The position numbers were made by a program, and so were the translations under genes. Under the pieces are notes generated by a model, which worked only from the letters and a program-made list of their open reading frames with translations, was not told where the DNA came from and ran no database searches. A DNA stretch of 64,000 nt from Nemertoderma westbladi (taxonomy: Eukaryota; Animalia; Xenacoelomorpha), in assembly GCA_032718475.1 (NCBI GenBank), contig JAUCBJ010001204.1, forward strand, positions 40,618 through 104,617. Reading direction: 5' to 3'. Numbering within the stretch: the stretch's first letter is position 1; every line of letters begins with the position of its first letter. Shown here piece by piece: positions 46,666 through 60,700 of the stretch.

Positions 46666-49119
46666 CAGTAGGGAACATACCCTTAAATAAGCTCCAAAAC
46701 TGGGTTCTTATTTAAGGAAAATGGCTCTTATTTAGGGGTTTTTGGGCCTTTTTTGGATATTTTTTCGATATAATATGCAATAACTTATTTCAGGAAAAAA
46801 TACCGCATAATTTAATTTCGCAATGTAAAAGTTGGGTCTTTCTTGAACATACAGCAAAAAACCAGAAAACATTTCACCGTCCGGTTTTTTTTCTACAAGC
46901 GTTTTAAAATTGCATCAAAAATATGACTAGTTCTTAAATAAGGGGATTTTTTAAATTTACCTTATTTAAGATATCGAAATCGAAAATAAATACCACAAGT
47001 CCCTAAATAAGAACTTTTTGACCTGGGTTTCTTATTTAGGAATACAATTGTATTCCAAAATCTGCACATTCCTTAAATAAAATAAATATTCCTTATTCCT
47101 TACAGTATATGTTACACTTCTTTCATAATTCTTTGATTTATGTCAGTCTGTCTGAATATTGCTAATTGTTGGGTTAAGGATAAGGACAATGGTTGCACTG
47201 CACTCTATAAATCGTCTATAGAATATCGTATCATAATGAAGTTGCTAGCACTGGCATTCTTACCTCACACGGTAGCATAGAATAGCCCATTGATATTCAA
47301 AAGAATAGCCCATCGACCATCTGAGCGCACATCATTGTCACGTATTTCGATGAGACATGACTCAAGTAACTGGACATCGCCGCACAGTTTCGAAAAACTA
47401 ACTTGTGTCCTGCATTTCCTCTTCTGCTCCGCGTTACGCCCCACTTAGATGGATTGTCCTCAATGTTGTACTTGAAAGGTGTGAAAAAAAAACCAATGTC
47501 AATGTCATGTCTCATGTCAATAGGCACAAAGATGATTCCGTCCGGCAGCTGATAGCAGGATTCCGCCAGGATAGACGTTAGAAGGTTAAAGATGATGACT
47601 GGGTGACGTTTTTGGCCTAACTGGCTCAGGCAGCAGTGGGACACGTTCGTGGGACCTTTACGCAGCATGAAGTGAGCAAAGCCTTAGCTAGCCCTAGCTG
47701 ATAGGGGTCCCACCCCATTAACATGTTGTCTTTCGGTAGTCAGAGGTCGTTCAACACAATACTCGTCTCCTTAATTTGCCTCATTGCGTTAGTTTGTTTT
47801 TTACCAAACTTCAGATTATTTCTAATCTTTTGACAGACTACATACCGGTACATACCAAGTTTCGTTTAATTTCATCAAGGAATGACCGAGTTATTAGCGA
47901 TAAAAAATTTACAACGACGACAGACAACTCGTTAATAGCACCCATATGCTAAGGTTTCGCTCACTTGAACGTGGCTCTCCCCCACATTCAATCCGGTTCG
48001 ACGCAGTTTGTTGCTCATTGCTGCTCATTGTGCTTTATTATTTCTCATTGTTGGTCATTGTTGCTCGTTGTTGGTCATTGTTGCTTGTTGTTGCTCGTTC
48101 AGTCGTTGTTCCTCATTATTGCTCATTGTTGATCGTTGTTTCTCGCTGTTGCTCATTGTTGCTCGTTGTTGTACTTTATTATTGCTCATTTTTGCTCGTT
48201 GTTGCTCATTGTTTCTCATTGTTGCTCAATGTTACTCGTAGTATTCGTAGTTCTGTAGTTGATCATTGTTACTCATTGTTGCTCGTTCAGTCGTTGTTCC
48301 TCATTATTGCTCGTTGTTGTACTTTAATATTGCTCATTGTTGCTCAATGTTACTCGTTGTTGCTCATTGTTGCTCGTTGTTACTCGTTGTTGCTCGTTGT
48401 TTTGTTACTCATTGTTCATTTGTTGCTCGTTGTTGCTTATTGTTGGTCATTGTTGCTCGTTGTGCATTTTTGCACCTATCAAATTAAGCTCAGAAGCTCC
48501 CTTATCTCGGCATCTTGCAATGTCCTGTAAAGGTTAGGCAGTTAGGAGGTCATAACTGTCATAAGCAGTTAAGGGCAGAAGGAGGACGGGGCTGGGAGAC
48601 GAGGTTATAAGAGACATTATACAGTTATATAAGGATATTTAATTTAATTTATTTAATTTAATATATGAGAAATGAGAAATATTTAATTTATTTAAGGAGT
48701 ATGCAGATTTTGGAATGAAATTGTATACCGGTACCTAAATATGAAACCCATGTCAAAAAGTTCTTATTTAAGGACTTTTAGTATTTATGTGTACAATTTC
48801 GATGTCTTAAATAAGGTAAATTTAAAAAATCCCTCTTATTTAGGAACTGGTCGTATTTTTGATGCAATTTTAAAACGCTTGTAGAAAAAAAACCGGACGG
48901 TGAAATGTTTTCTGGTTTTTTGCATTATGTTCAAGAAAGACCCAACTTTTATATTGTGAAATAAAATTATGCGGTATTTTTACCTGAAACAAGTTCTTGC
49001 ATACTATGTCGAAAAAATATCCAAAAAAGGCCCAAAAACCCCTAAATAAGAGCCATTTTCCTTAAATAAGAACCCAGTTTTGGCTGTTTGGAGCTTATTT
49101 AAGGGTATGTTCCCTACTG
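46666..49119. mobile_element. 2.45-kb non-autonomous DNA transposon with ~430-bp TIRs
   Basis: CAGTAGGGAACATACCCTTAAATAAGCTCCAAA at the left and TTTGGAGCTTATTTAAGGGTATGTTCCCTACTG at the right. Inverted identity over ~46666-47095 and ~48680-49119. No transposase. Confidence 0.9.
48005..48465. repeat. Low-complexity (TTGTTGCTCR)-type microsatellite
   Basis: Degenerate TTG/CTC repeats; the overlapping ORFs are artefacts of the repeat. Confidence 0.9.
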
Positions 49120-50899
49120 CCTACTGTTAGTTGTTCACGTGGTGCTCTTAGTCCCGACTAGATAAAACAACAACAATAACTGAATAACGGATGAGTGAGT
49201 TAAACCGATAAGAAATAATTTATTCTGATTCAATGAATTAATTACATTAGTCAGTTAGTCTTACTCTATTCACAGATTCATGCAGTCATGTCAGCATGTA
49301 CCGTATTCAACTGTTCAATGTTAAAACAGATTTCAATTTACCACCAAAATATAGGCAGATAGGTGGCAGATCTGATCTGCCACCCTGCCCTTACCCTTCT
49401 GCCCTTTCCAGCTGTCCAGTACAAATTACATGTCTTTCAGTCATTTGAATTTCCCGTGCTATGGAGCAGGGTTGAGGGTGGCACCTTTTAGGGACTTGTA
49501 TCGTAATCGTATCACAGTACAGTATCCATCCAGGTAACGTATCATTCTGCATTCAGTCATTCAACTACTGAACTACGGTCAGACGGTCCTGCGGTCAGTC
49601 TGTCAGACTGTACATATGACTATTGGCAGATACCGGCTGACCGGTACCAGGCACCAGGCAGCCAGGGTACAGACAGACAGATATAGACATCAACAGGAAA
49701 TTCTGAAATTGTCACATTACATCATTCTGTCATTAGGCCTACTCCAGTACAGCAGTACTCCTACTGCATTTAAGTCTGAAAATTAATGTTTTTATGATAT
49801 GAAATGTTACTGACCGTGCCATACAGTATGAATAGGCCTAATGCCTAATACGACATCACTACCAGTAGCGTATTTCAGTATTTTACTGTATTTAAAAATC
49901 TAATCGTTGTTTAGTACATTACTAAATTACTAGCAAGATTTACCGTACAACTCTACTACAACTCTACGTCTTCAACGTACAACTCTAACCCTGCATACAC
50001 CTGTACACTACACTACGCAATCACTCATATAATCACAACGAATTAGGGGCCGTATTTATAAAGAAGTGACATACAGTACTGCAGCCCTGCTAAATCTCAT
50101 GTCAATTAGATTCAACGTCATGGGTCATGTTAACAATAATTAGAATTTACGTATTATAAAGTACATGTATGTGTATCTCAAATCATGCTATAACCTTTGT
50201 ACTAATTGGATTGAGTGGGTGGTGGGTGTGGTTGGAAGTCGGATGAGCTCTGAGTTGTTTATAATAATCAAGTTTAGCTGTTTAGGACGAAGTTATCGTC
50301 GACTGACCACCCGAACCCCGTGCGGAATAATATTTACCGGGTACCAAAACCAATTATTTAAAAATATAAGTTGATAGTGGAATATTCATATTAATACCAA
50401 AAATACTGTACGTAATAAAGTTCATAAACAGTAATACTGTAATTACAGTATCTTCATGTTTTTTCTACATATATTTGGTTATTTTTTCATGTTATGGAAA
50501 GTTTAGAAATGAAATCATACGACTAAACTAAATCAAATGGATGTCAAATATGAAACCCGGCTTAGGGGTTGAGTTATGGCTGTCTGTTCGTTTCGTTTTA
50601 GTTGGTTTATCTATCAAAATGTAAATTATGACTGAAAGGCAGTAATTAATGTCTTATGATAATTAGGCTATTTAGCAGGTAGCACTTACAATTAATGGTG
50701 TCAAATTTTTTGTTAAATTCTCCCTCATATTTGACTTTTTCCTTATCAAGTTTCACATTTTTTCGGGCGAATCGAACACAGTACCGAAGGCAATTGCCCG
50801 CCTCCCTCCCCTTACTCCGGCACTCACTGTATGTCAGACATACTGGCCTATTTAATTCCACCAAATATGAAAACTAACATTGGAAATGTCTTGCATACG

Positions 50900-51365
50900 T
50901 CGCCATGCTGCATTACATTAAGAATGCTGTGATTCCGGCTTCCATCAACAAAATTGCGGCTCAACATCACCCAACTGTATCCCCCATTGCGTTTACGAGA
51001 TTATCCGCACCCATAAGGCCAGTGTCTTTAAGTAGCGTCTCAACAAAGTAATGGGCTGTCCACCATGATTATTTTCTCCATGTGGCTGCCAAAGCACAAG
51101 ATCGTGCAATGACTGGCCCTTGCGGCAAAATCAATTTGCTGCTTAGCGGTGGCGGCTCTGTTCAAGTCCCAAGCTTGGGTAGACCAATGACCCCAGCGAA
51201 GCATTTTGTGTTTGTGCCATCCAGAGATCTGCTGTCATCACCTGATAGAGCCGAGCATCGACTCCAATTTGAGTCTATTGGTGCTCTAAATAATTAATAC
51301 TTATTGCGATTCCGGATTTCCGGGTTCATGACCCCAAGTACAGTAGCATAAGTTATCTACATGCT
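50900..51365 (-). mobile_element. Old degenerate LINE 3' fragment, same superfamily as 45213-46350
   Basis: TTAAGAATGCTGTG..AACAAAATTGC, AAGGCCAGTGTCTTTAAG and ATGGGCTGTCCACCATG match the younger copy. Confidence 0.7.
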
Positions 51366-52767
51366 ACAAGAATATCATCCGTGGTGCTTTGGACTCATGA
51401 CCTTTATGGGAGCAATTCCGATGCCCACGCAACAAACAATGCGATTCGATAGAATTCTATTGTATTGCATTGCAGCAATTGAGATCAAAGAGAATCCAAG
51501 AGATTATCCGAAAAGTGTTGCGAAATTTGTTTGACAGCAGTTTGATAAATTGTCTGTCGTGTCTGATGGCGTCAAACTGTTGATTGATAAACTCCTGTAT
51601 TTCTTACGAAACATAATCACAGAATGGTCGATCCGAGATTTATGGCCATTTTGGTCTGAAATCGAATTATATAAAACAACCCGGGATGGTGTAAACTTTA
51701 AAGTCAATAACTAGCTAAACATTAACTATTAAGTGGTGGCAAAAAAAGTGGACTTTTTTGTCTAACGTATATTGAGACAAATAAGAATGCAAGACGAAAT
51801 ATGTTACTTTTTGCCACCACTTACGTCGTTTTATTTGTTTTAAGTTTTCCACTTTTATCTGGTCCTATTGTATTTCAGCTTAAATATCGTCCATCGAAGC
51901 TTCTTCCATAGTGAAAATACCGTTATATATAGCGAAATAGCAAAATATATAATATAGGCCCCATTATGAAATTATAATATTTTAGAATATTAAATAACCC
52001 GTGGATACCACCAACGCTATCCATCTAAATTCAATATTATTACTAATGTCATGGAAATTACTTTGAAATTTAATTAGAACATTACTTTTTTGTTGACAAA
52101 AAAGTGTTATTTTTTTGTTAAACTTGTTAACGAATTTGACAAAAAAATAACCTTTTTTAATGATTTTTTTAATTAAAATAAACTGCTTCAAATTCAACGT
52201 TAAACAAGAGAAAAAATACTAATAATATATAATTTCCAAGGAAAAAATATTCTTACAAAAATTTAAAATTAAAAAGGCCTACAGATGTACAGATGGGGTA
52301 AAAATATAACAACATTGTGGCGTTTCTGACGTTTCTGTTATTATATACAGGGTATAATTATTAATATAATTTATATAGGCCCTATATACTGTATATAATA
52401 AAATATGGCTTCGTGTCAATATAGTCCTTATTACAGTACATGAAAGATCTATTAATTACAAATTAAATATGTGAACATTAATCAGTCTGGTGGAATGTGA
52501 TTAATTATTAATTATAGTGGGGCTAGTATATTGTTAGCGGTTGTACAGTATACTGTATCAGTGTGCCGGTAGGGTATACAAGATTTACTGTACACATATA
52601 CCGGAAGAATAAATTAATACACAGACATGAAAATGAAGGTAATTGGTGTTCTTCTGTACATGCACTGGGCCTAAGTCCTATATTAAACTGTACAGTAGAC
52701 CTAGTTCATAAATAAAACGCTTCATACATTTAGGTAGTCCTACTGTAAATATTTTACTAATTTTCAG

Positions 52768-52845
52768 ATAAAGGGCTTTATTTTGCCAATCGAAATAATG
52801 TTGACAGACGTGGCGTACGGACTCCATTTGGAAGTGATATTCCAG
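52768..52845 (+). other. Candidate isolated 78-nt internal exon
   Basis: TACTAAT branch-like site and TTTTCAG acceptor, CAG|GTAATT donor, length a multiple of 3, open frames. Parent gene not identified. Confidence 0.35.
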
Positions 52846-54836
52846 GTAATTTTACAATATGAATTCAATTTAATATACAGTACCTTCCAATATATAATAA
52901 TATTGCGGTTTATACCGGTAGTTACTTATTCTTTGTAATTTGAGAAAGTTGATCGAATGTATTTAATTAATGCGTATGTACCGTAGTAATTGATAATTTT
53001 ATATTTTACATTTGTAATTGATACGTTTGTTTGCTTGACTTCTTCTATTTCAATTCGTATTTCTCAAAGACTCTAGGAAGAATCCTTAATGATTAGAGAA
53101 CTAATTAATTAAACATAATGTTTCTATGAATGGAATACTAATTTACTTCCTGTATTTATGGCGATCGCTTCTATACAGTATAACAAAACAATATCCTTTG
53201 TATAGCGTTCCTACCTACTGTATAATACGCCTTGGCGTTTGCTGGTTTTTCCATGAAGAAAAATATATACAGTATGTTATATTTCTATCAACTAATCTTG
53301 ATAAGAATACAGGAAGAATCAATTTACTGACATACAGTAGGTTGTCGGCTTGACAGCTCAGAATTTTTAACGAAAGGCGCATCCTTTCTATAACACAGTA
53401 CAACATATGTAGTTATGAAACTACTGTACACAGTTATTTTAAACATGTGCTGTGCCTCTAGGTCGGGCCCACCCCAATAACCAACAACATCTACGTATTT
53501 CTATGCAATCTAGGAAAATTGTCCTTCTAATTTTTTTGATTCGTGTGTTTTCATTTTTTAATTTCGTATAATTTAGTTTATATTAATCACATTAACTCTT
53601 ATAATTATAATTTTGTCACCTGTGTAGGATGGCACACACGTTATGGTAAGTTTAAAGAATTTAATCACAAACTGATAGATTAAATTAATGTCTGATATAA
53701 CATACAGTAGGATACCTAGTACTGTATACTGCACTGCGGTACAATTTGGTACACTGCGGTAGAGTCTTGTTTTCCGCAAGGCTTGTGGTACACTTTGAGT
53801 GTGAACGAATCATTGGTAAGCGTGCAGTAGGCCCAGGCCTACTGTGTTGTTTTTAGCAAGGCCTGTGGTACAAACAAATCCACCAAATAATTGATTTTTC
53901 GTATTGTTTTTTACAAATATATTCTTAAAAATCATATTTGTGTCGCATCATATCACACAAATTGGTTCGTATCGTATCTAATTTTGCGTTTCGTAACTTA
54001 TCCTGTCCCTAGTTTATGACATACAGTAATGCATCCATATATATAGCCTACTGTACTTCAGTAGTAATTAAATGTCGCACACTTCACAGCTCGTCGATGT
54101 ATCACACGTATGAATCACAACTGTTTATGAATTCAGATTCATTTTTATATTTCATCTTTAATCTATTTATTCATACAGTAGTTATAGTGTATCACAAACA
54201 TGATCATTACCGGTAGTCTTTGTTCAATGTATCACACATACTGCACATTTCATGCTGTTGATTGTGAATGTATCACACGGACGGGCTAATAAGTATTTTA
54301 AAATTTTTTGTGTATAAGGTAGTTCATAAGATCTCTCAATGGCACATACATACATAATGGTCTAAGATACAATGGCCACTTAAAAAGCGGTGCATTGTAC
54401 AACTTCGGTTGTAACGTATTATTAAGAAAACCAAGTAACACCCTGCATGCACTATTGAAGAGTCTTAAGAATTATAGGGGTTTATATGGCTGATCGAGAA
54501 CTGGGAGCTGTTGAGTTGCAGGACCGGCGGGTGGTCCATCCTAGTGGATATGTGGCCCATGTAGGAATGTTTGTACTGTATGTTGGCAGCTTTTTTTTTC
54601 CGAAATACTTTTTTTTACACTGGGTACGCGGGGTCTTGGAGTTGGATGATGGCCTATTTTCGGCTATGCCTTAATCTGACCCTGCCTGGAAATGTATTTG
54701 TATCTGTACTGTATTTATTTGTAGCTGTATTTGACTATAAATAATAAATACAGTATAATATGTATAATAAAATTGTTAATTTCGTGTTAATCTAAAATAT
54801 CATCAAGGTGCTTTTGATCTAAAATGTTGTTAAGTA

Positions 54837-55722
54837 TCAAATATATTCACTAAGTATTGAAATTTGTTCATCAAGGCGCTCTTGGTTTGTGTAAATGAAG
54901 GCCTCAGGTAATTTCCGTCTCTGTTCATAAGATTTCTCCCTCATCAGTTGAATTAGCCGAAGATTTCTGCGAGGTTTTGGGCATTCCATGACTGATTTGC
55001 GTTCTTCCTTATCAATCACACCCTTTTCCTGGAGTTGATAAAGTAAAACGCGATTGGTAATCATTTTATCTAGTAACACGGGTCTTAGAACTGTAAGTAT
55101 CTTAACTGGGAAGCTCATTGACTCTGGAGCGTATCTAATAACATGTCTGATACGGATCTCGATATCGTCGATAGACGGCATCAATTGTATCAACCAACTA
55201 CTCGGATCTGGTTCCACTCTTTCGGGTGGTAGCCCGGTGGATGGTTGCTCTACCAACTGTGGTAGCCCGCTTGTCTATGTTCCCCCTACCAACTGTGGTA
55301 GCACGGTGAAGTTCTTCCCTAGTGGGTGATCTCTTCCATTCCTGTTCGGATCATTTACAAGAATACAATTCAATTTAGTTCGGTCTATGTCGATTTGGTT
55401 GAGTGCACCACAGAATTTAACAACGTCGTCATGGTTAACAAATCTGGTCTAATAGCTATTCTGTAGGAGTATGAGTACATACTGTATTTTCTATTTTCAC
55501 CAAAAAAGGAAGTCCATAAATTTATCGTTTAGTGTTTATTGAAGTAATATCATATGGCTGGAGCGAATTCCACAATGGTTCCTGTATTTGTCGTGCTTGT
55601 TATTCACAATTAAGCGACTTGTTGTTTTCACCATCACAAGTAATTCTCAATAACGGGTCTCCAATTTCGATAACTACCTTTCGTATTCCATTAAGAGCTA
55701 CAATTAATTCCTTCCACTGTAT
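54837..55722 (-). pseudogene. Death-fold (CARD-like) domain gene fragment, probably a disrupted exon
   Basis: LTVLRPVLLDKMITNRVLLYQLQEKGVIDKEERKSVMECPKPRRNLRLIQLMREKSYEQRRKLPEAFIYTNQERL fits the CARD helix pattern. The upstream frame continues through a TAG. TCTTTCAG acceptor near 55723. Confidence 0.55.
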
Positions 55723-56156
55723 CTGAAAGAGTGTATGAATACTGAATAGTTGCTTTGGTAGGTCCTGGTGTTGTTACGGACAAATGAATTACTATATATA
55801 AAAAAGTAACTTCAGTAACTAACGGGACCTCCATTTAAAATGTTATTTACGTTGAAAATAATCGTATAAAAGGTAAAATGTATCTAATTTTCTTTCTAAT
55901 TTAAATATAATTATTTTCACAAAACTGGTACTGTAGCTAGAGTTTTTGATGGTAGCTAGTGTTTTTTGGTACTGGTTCAGTTTGCGTACACACCCCACCA
56001 AATTTTATCTACTAGCTAGTTTTTGATAATTTCTTTTTTTGAAATATACCAGATCATTTTAGACAATTTATTTTGAAAAAAATTAAAGTTCTAGAACAAA
56101 AATTTTTGTTCTAGAACATTTTTTAGACAAAGTATTTAAAAAGCATGGTATGGTTA

Positions 56157-56412
56157 AAGCCATGTTACTCCACAGGAGCGGCGAGCGGCAGCGGCGGACG
56201 GCCGCGGCTGAGGTGAGCGGCGACTTTTAGTATGATACACTATAGGAGCCGCGAGCGGCCATTTGTGGTGTATCATCACCAATAGAAAATAATGTGTTCT
56301 ATTTTTAAAAAGTAGCCGCTTGCCGCGGCCGCTCGCCGCTGCCGCTCGCCGCTGCCGCTCGCCGCTGCCGCTCGCCGCTGCCGCTCGCCGCTCCTGTGGT
56401 GTATCATGGCCT
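56157..56412. mobile_element. PIF/Harbinger (Tourist)-like MITE
   Basis: TTA|AAGCCATGTTACTCCACAGGAGCGGCGAGCGGCAGCGG at the left and CCGCTGCCGCTCGCCGCTCCTGTGGTGTATCATGGCCT|TTA at the right. Confidence 0.75.
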
Positions 56413-56502
56413 TTATAAAACGTGAATAAAATAAATAAAATACTTTTTTTAATGTTTTGAAATTTTTCAAGTACATAAATTATGATGATAGCAGTAAAAT
56501 CA

Positions 56503-56600
56503 AAGATAACAGCAATGATAACAGCAGTGATAACAGCAATGATAACAGCAATGATAACAGCAATGATAACAGCAATGATAACAGCAATGATAACAGCAAT
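56503..56600. repeat. 12-bp minisatellite (GATAACAGCAAT)n
   Basis: About 8 tandem copies. Confidence 0.9.
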
Positions 56601-56856
56601 TTTTACTGTACAATAAAAAATTATAATAATATTTTATTTTTTCACGAGCTAATAAAAAGTACTAGCTAACACAAAATTAAAATTTCTAGCTACCATTTTC
56701 CTTCAGAATATAAACTTCATGATAAAACCTATTTTCATATGAAAAAATTGGTCAAAAAGTGGGTACCCAACACATAAAAATTTGAGACACAGGGCCGGGC
56801 CTATGCTACTAGTGTAATATTATGGTTTTGTTCAGAAGATGGAAAAATGAGAAAGC

Positions 56857-56932
56857 ACGTCACCGGGAGTTGAACCAGCGCTATACGTATCAGGCCTCAT
56901 CAGTAGCGCTAACCAGCTCAGCCACTAGCCCC
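56857..56932 (-). mobile_element. tRNA-derived SINE head or tRNA pseudogene
   Basis: Minus strand reads GGGGCTAGTGGCTGAGCTGGTTAGCGC (A box) and GGTTCAACTCCCGG (B box). The acceptor and anticodon arms do not fold cleanly. Confidence 0.5.
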
Positions 56933-57714
56933 TGACACTTGCACTCCCACCTAATCCACTTCTATTTCGGGCAGTCATAAGTTGCATATATTCTATCTCT
57001 AACAGCGGTCCTAACGGCCTCAAGTATGCTAGAGTGAAACAGGAGGGAAGTACAAATAAATAAATATTCAGGTCGAGTATTGGTGCCAGGTGATATTAAT
57101 GTTACTAATATTATTAATATTAATGCTACTAGTGCCCCAGAACGGTTTCTACGCACAAAGTGGCAGATTGTGAATAGGACTAGTTACTTTTTATAAAAGA
57201 TCATAATGTTTCCAGAGAATCAATAAAAATTATAAATACTGTTGATATAACGAACTCATAAGATTTTAATACAAACCTTGTTTTTTTTCTAAAAAGATGT
57301 TACAGATTAAAAATATTTGTTCAAGAACATTATTTTTCATAAGCAAATAGCTAACAACTAGAACATTAAAAAAAAAGAAATTATCAAAAACTAATTAGTA
57401 TAAAATATTTTGTGTGGATGTACGCATACTGAACCAGTACCACTTCACTATGGATATATTCTTTCCTAACAAGTTCAATCACAGTAGGTACTGTAAATGC
57501 AGTGAAGATTCTTTGTGAATTTTCCTCTGGGACTCGGCGAGAAGATTTAAACGCAAACAACATTATTCTACGTATTTTTCGAAACATAATTAGTTTAATT
57601 AATAATTAGTTTAATAAGCTTGTTTTTTTTAAAACACAAGCTACCATGAAAACATTAAATACCACGAAAGTTTTAAAATGTAACTATCCTAACTATGTTC
57701 TATAATATAAATAC

Positions 57715-60700
57715 TGCATGCTGCACCGCAGTAGAGAAGGCCGCCACCCTAGACTTGATGCTGTGCCAGGTGGCGAACTACTTCCATATCATAGCCCGCA
57801 ACACCATAGTCCCGCGGCTCTACCTCCTTGCCTTCCATCTGGCAAGCTATCCGCCTACACTACGGATTCCAGGTCACGGGCGCCCATTTCCTCGCATTCA
57901 GCGAGATCACTTTGCAACACGAGGAACGCCCCGAGGACTTGTTCCAACGTCTCTCAGCGTTCATAGACGATAGCCTCCTCCACCAGGATGGTGGAATCTC
58001 CCACCACAGCATCATCCATCCCAAGGACAAAGAGCTTTCCCCAACCCTCGAGAACTTTATCATCTTAGTTTGGCTTTGTCTGATCCATCCGGATCTCCCA
58101 CGACTCGTCCAGCAATGGTACGGGACCGAACTTCGTTCCCGAATCCTGGTGAGCATAAAGCCTGAGGTTTCTCAAGCACTTTCCTCGCTGTTGGACGAAC
58201 TCCATTCAATGGCCGAAGTCCCCTCTTTCCACGCTCAGACCCGGCAGCCACCACCACCACCCGCAACCCACGGTTCCAGCCGATCTATGCGCCGGTGCCC
58301 CCTGTGCACACAGACGAAACATTCAAGTACCGACCACTTCCTCAACAGTTGCCCCTTCCTCCCTCCCGCTGACAAGTGTTTCATATCTTGAGCAAGCCTT
58401 GTCCACGTCGATGGAGATGAAGAGTTCGTTGATCAACCCAAGGACGACCCCGATCCAGTCCCAACACCAACCTCCGATCCCTCGGTTAATGTAGTGGCCG
58501 TACGACCTAGTCCGGTGTTTGTCACCCACTATGAGCACAAACCTGTCAACATCCTCGTTGACTGCGGTGCCGAGTCCAATCTGATCGCACACGACACCGC
58601 CATCCGCCTAGGCGTCCCCATCACCCGGGGCTCCCAACAAGTACCCGTAAAAGCTGACGGTTCCCCGATGCTCGATGTCATCGGCGAAAGCTCGTTCAAC
58701 CTGACGTATGACGACCTCAGCCTCCCTTCCACGACCTCTTCGTCGCAAGCCTAAGCATCCTGCTTCTTGCAGGCATGCCATTCCTCCCAACCAATGACGT
58801 CACTGTTCATCCCGGCCAGTCATTAATATCACTCCACAACGGCAGATCTATCCGGTACCCTCCCCCGAAGTGGCCCGGTCCCATGATCCGCCGCACATCT
58901 GTACTCCGAGCCCCGGTACAGTCATCCATTGTCCTACCAGGTGAATCCCTATCCCTCCCAGCCCACCTACATGAGTCCTCTGAACTCCTCGTATCCCCAC
59001 ACATAGCCAACAGCCCTGGCCACTTCACCGCTCAGTCTTGGTTCCCACCAATGCATCTACAACCCCTTGCAGGCGCTATCACTATCCCGAACCTATCCCC
59101 CAGTCCTGTGTTCATCCAACGCAACTCGCACATCTGTTCCGTCCTTCCTACCACACTCGCACCCAACAACTCCACTACCCAGTCACTCCTGTCCCACGAA
59201 ATCCACACCGTAATCACACACCCTGCGCCTGCCGCCACAACCAAATACCACATCAGCACAGTTCAACTAGATCCCAACAACATCCTCACCCACCGGGAAA
59301 GCGCCTCCTTCCACGATGTAATGGAACAATGTCGTGTTCGACCCTCACTATCCCGGCTACAATGGCTCTGCCAGTCCGTTCGAGGCCATTGTCAACATTC
59401 CTCCCACATTACCCCCACAACACAAAGGTTGCATCCCGCAATATGCCCGCGATCGCCTCGTAGAACTCCAAGAATAGTTCGATTCACTCGAACGCCTCGG
59501 CGTTTTCATCCACCCCGAGCTCGCCGGCATCACCGTCGAATACCTCAGCCCGAGATTCCTCGTCATCAAACCCAACGGCGGCTCCCGTTTGCTGACCGCA
59601 TTTACCGAGATCGCACGCTATTGTAAACCCCAACCCGCGTTCCTCCCCGATGTCGAGTCAACCATCTGTTCCCTCGGACGGTTTAAATACATTATTAAAG
59701 CGGATCTTACCAGCGCCTTCTACCAGATACCTCTCCAACGTGAGTCGATGTGCTTCTGCGGAGTATCCACTCTACTTCCGTAGCGTGCGCGTGTTCAGGC
59801 GCTGCGCCATGGGCATGCCTGGCAGCGAAACCAGGAACAGGAACTTATGTCCCGAGTCCTTCGCGACCTTCTTGTCCAGGGATCCATCGTCAAACTCGCC
59901 AACCACATATATTGCGGCGGCAACACCATCCCCGAACTCCTCGCGAACTTCACACAGCTCCTCTGCGCATCGTGCCGACTTACGCCTATCCACCAAGAAC
60001 ATGTTTATCTGCCCTCAGACCACCACCATCTTCAGTTGGTTGTGGTCCAACGGTTTGTTATCTGCATCTACCCACATCACGTCAGCATTGTCCAGGTGTC
60101 CCATCCCAGCCACAGTTAAAGGATCTGCATTTATAACTAGGATCTTACAATATTCTTGCCCGTGTCCTCCCGCGCTGCTCCACACTCGTGGCTCCACCCG
60201 AGTCCCTCCTTACACCCAAACCCGGCGATTCCGTCGCTTGGTTGCCTGAGCTTAACGCAGTCTTCCACCGCTCCCAAGCCACCATCCAGTTGAGCCAGTC
60301 CGTCACCATCCCGCGTCCCAGCGATGAACTCTTCCTCGTTACAGACGCTGCGTCATCCGTCGACGGCCTAGGTGCAGTGTTGTATTCTAAACGCGGTAAG
60401 GAACTCCTCCTCTCCGGTTTTTACTCTGCCAAGCTAAAGGCCCACCAGCGAACCTGGCTCCCGTGTGAGTTAGAAGCACTCGCCATTGCTGCCACAGTAC
60501 AACACTTCCTCCCGTATTTCATTAGCTCCTCCAAGCAGTCGCATGTCCTCACCCACAGTAAACCCTGTGTTGAGGAGGCATACAAAAAAAAAGCTATCCC
60601 TCTGAGCTTACTCCAACACTCCCCGCCTGTCAACCTTTCTATCTATCGCTAGCCAGGCCCAAGTAACTATCTCCCACATCAAGGGAACCACTAACCTACC

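Noticed and set aside
47946-48537. Cys/Leu-rich membrane-protein-like ORFs
   Set aside because: Microsatellite translation artefacts.
56857-56932. Functional tRNA gene
   Set aside because: A and B boxes are present, but I could not fold a proper acceptor stem or anticodon arm; treated as SINE or pseudogene.
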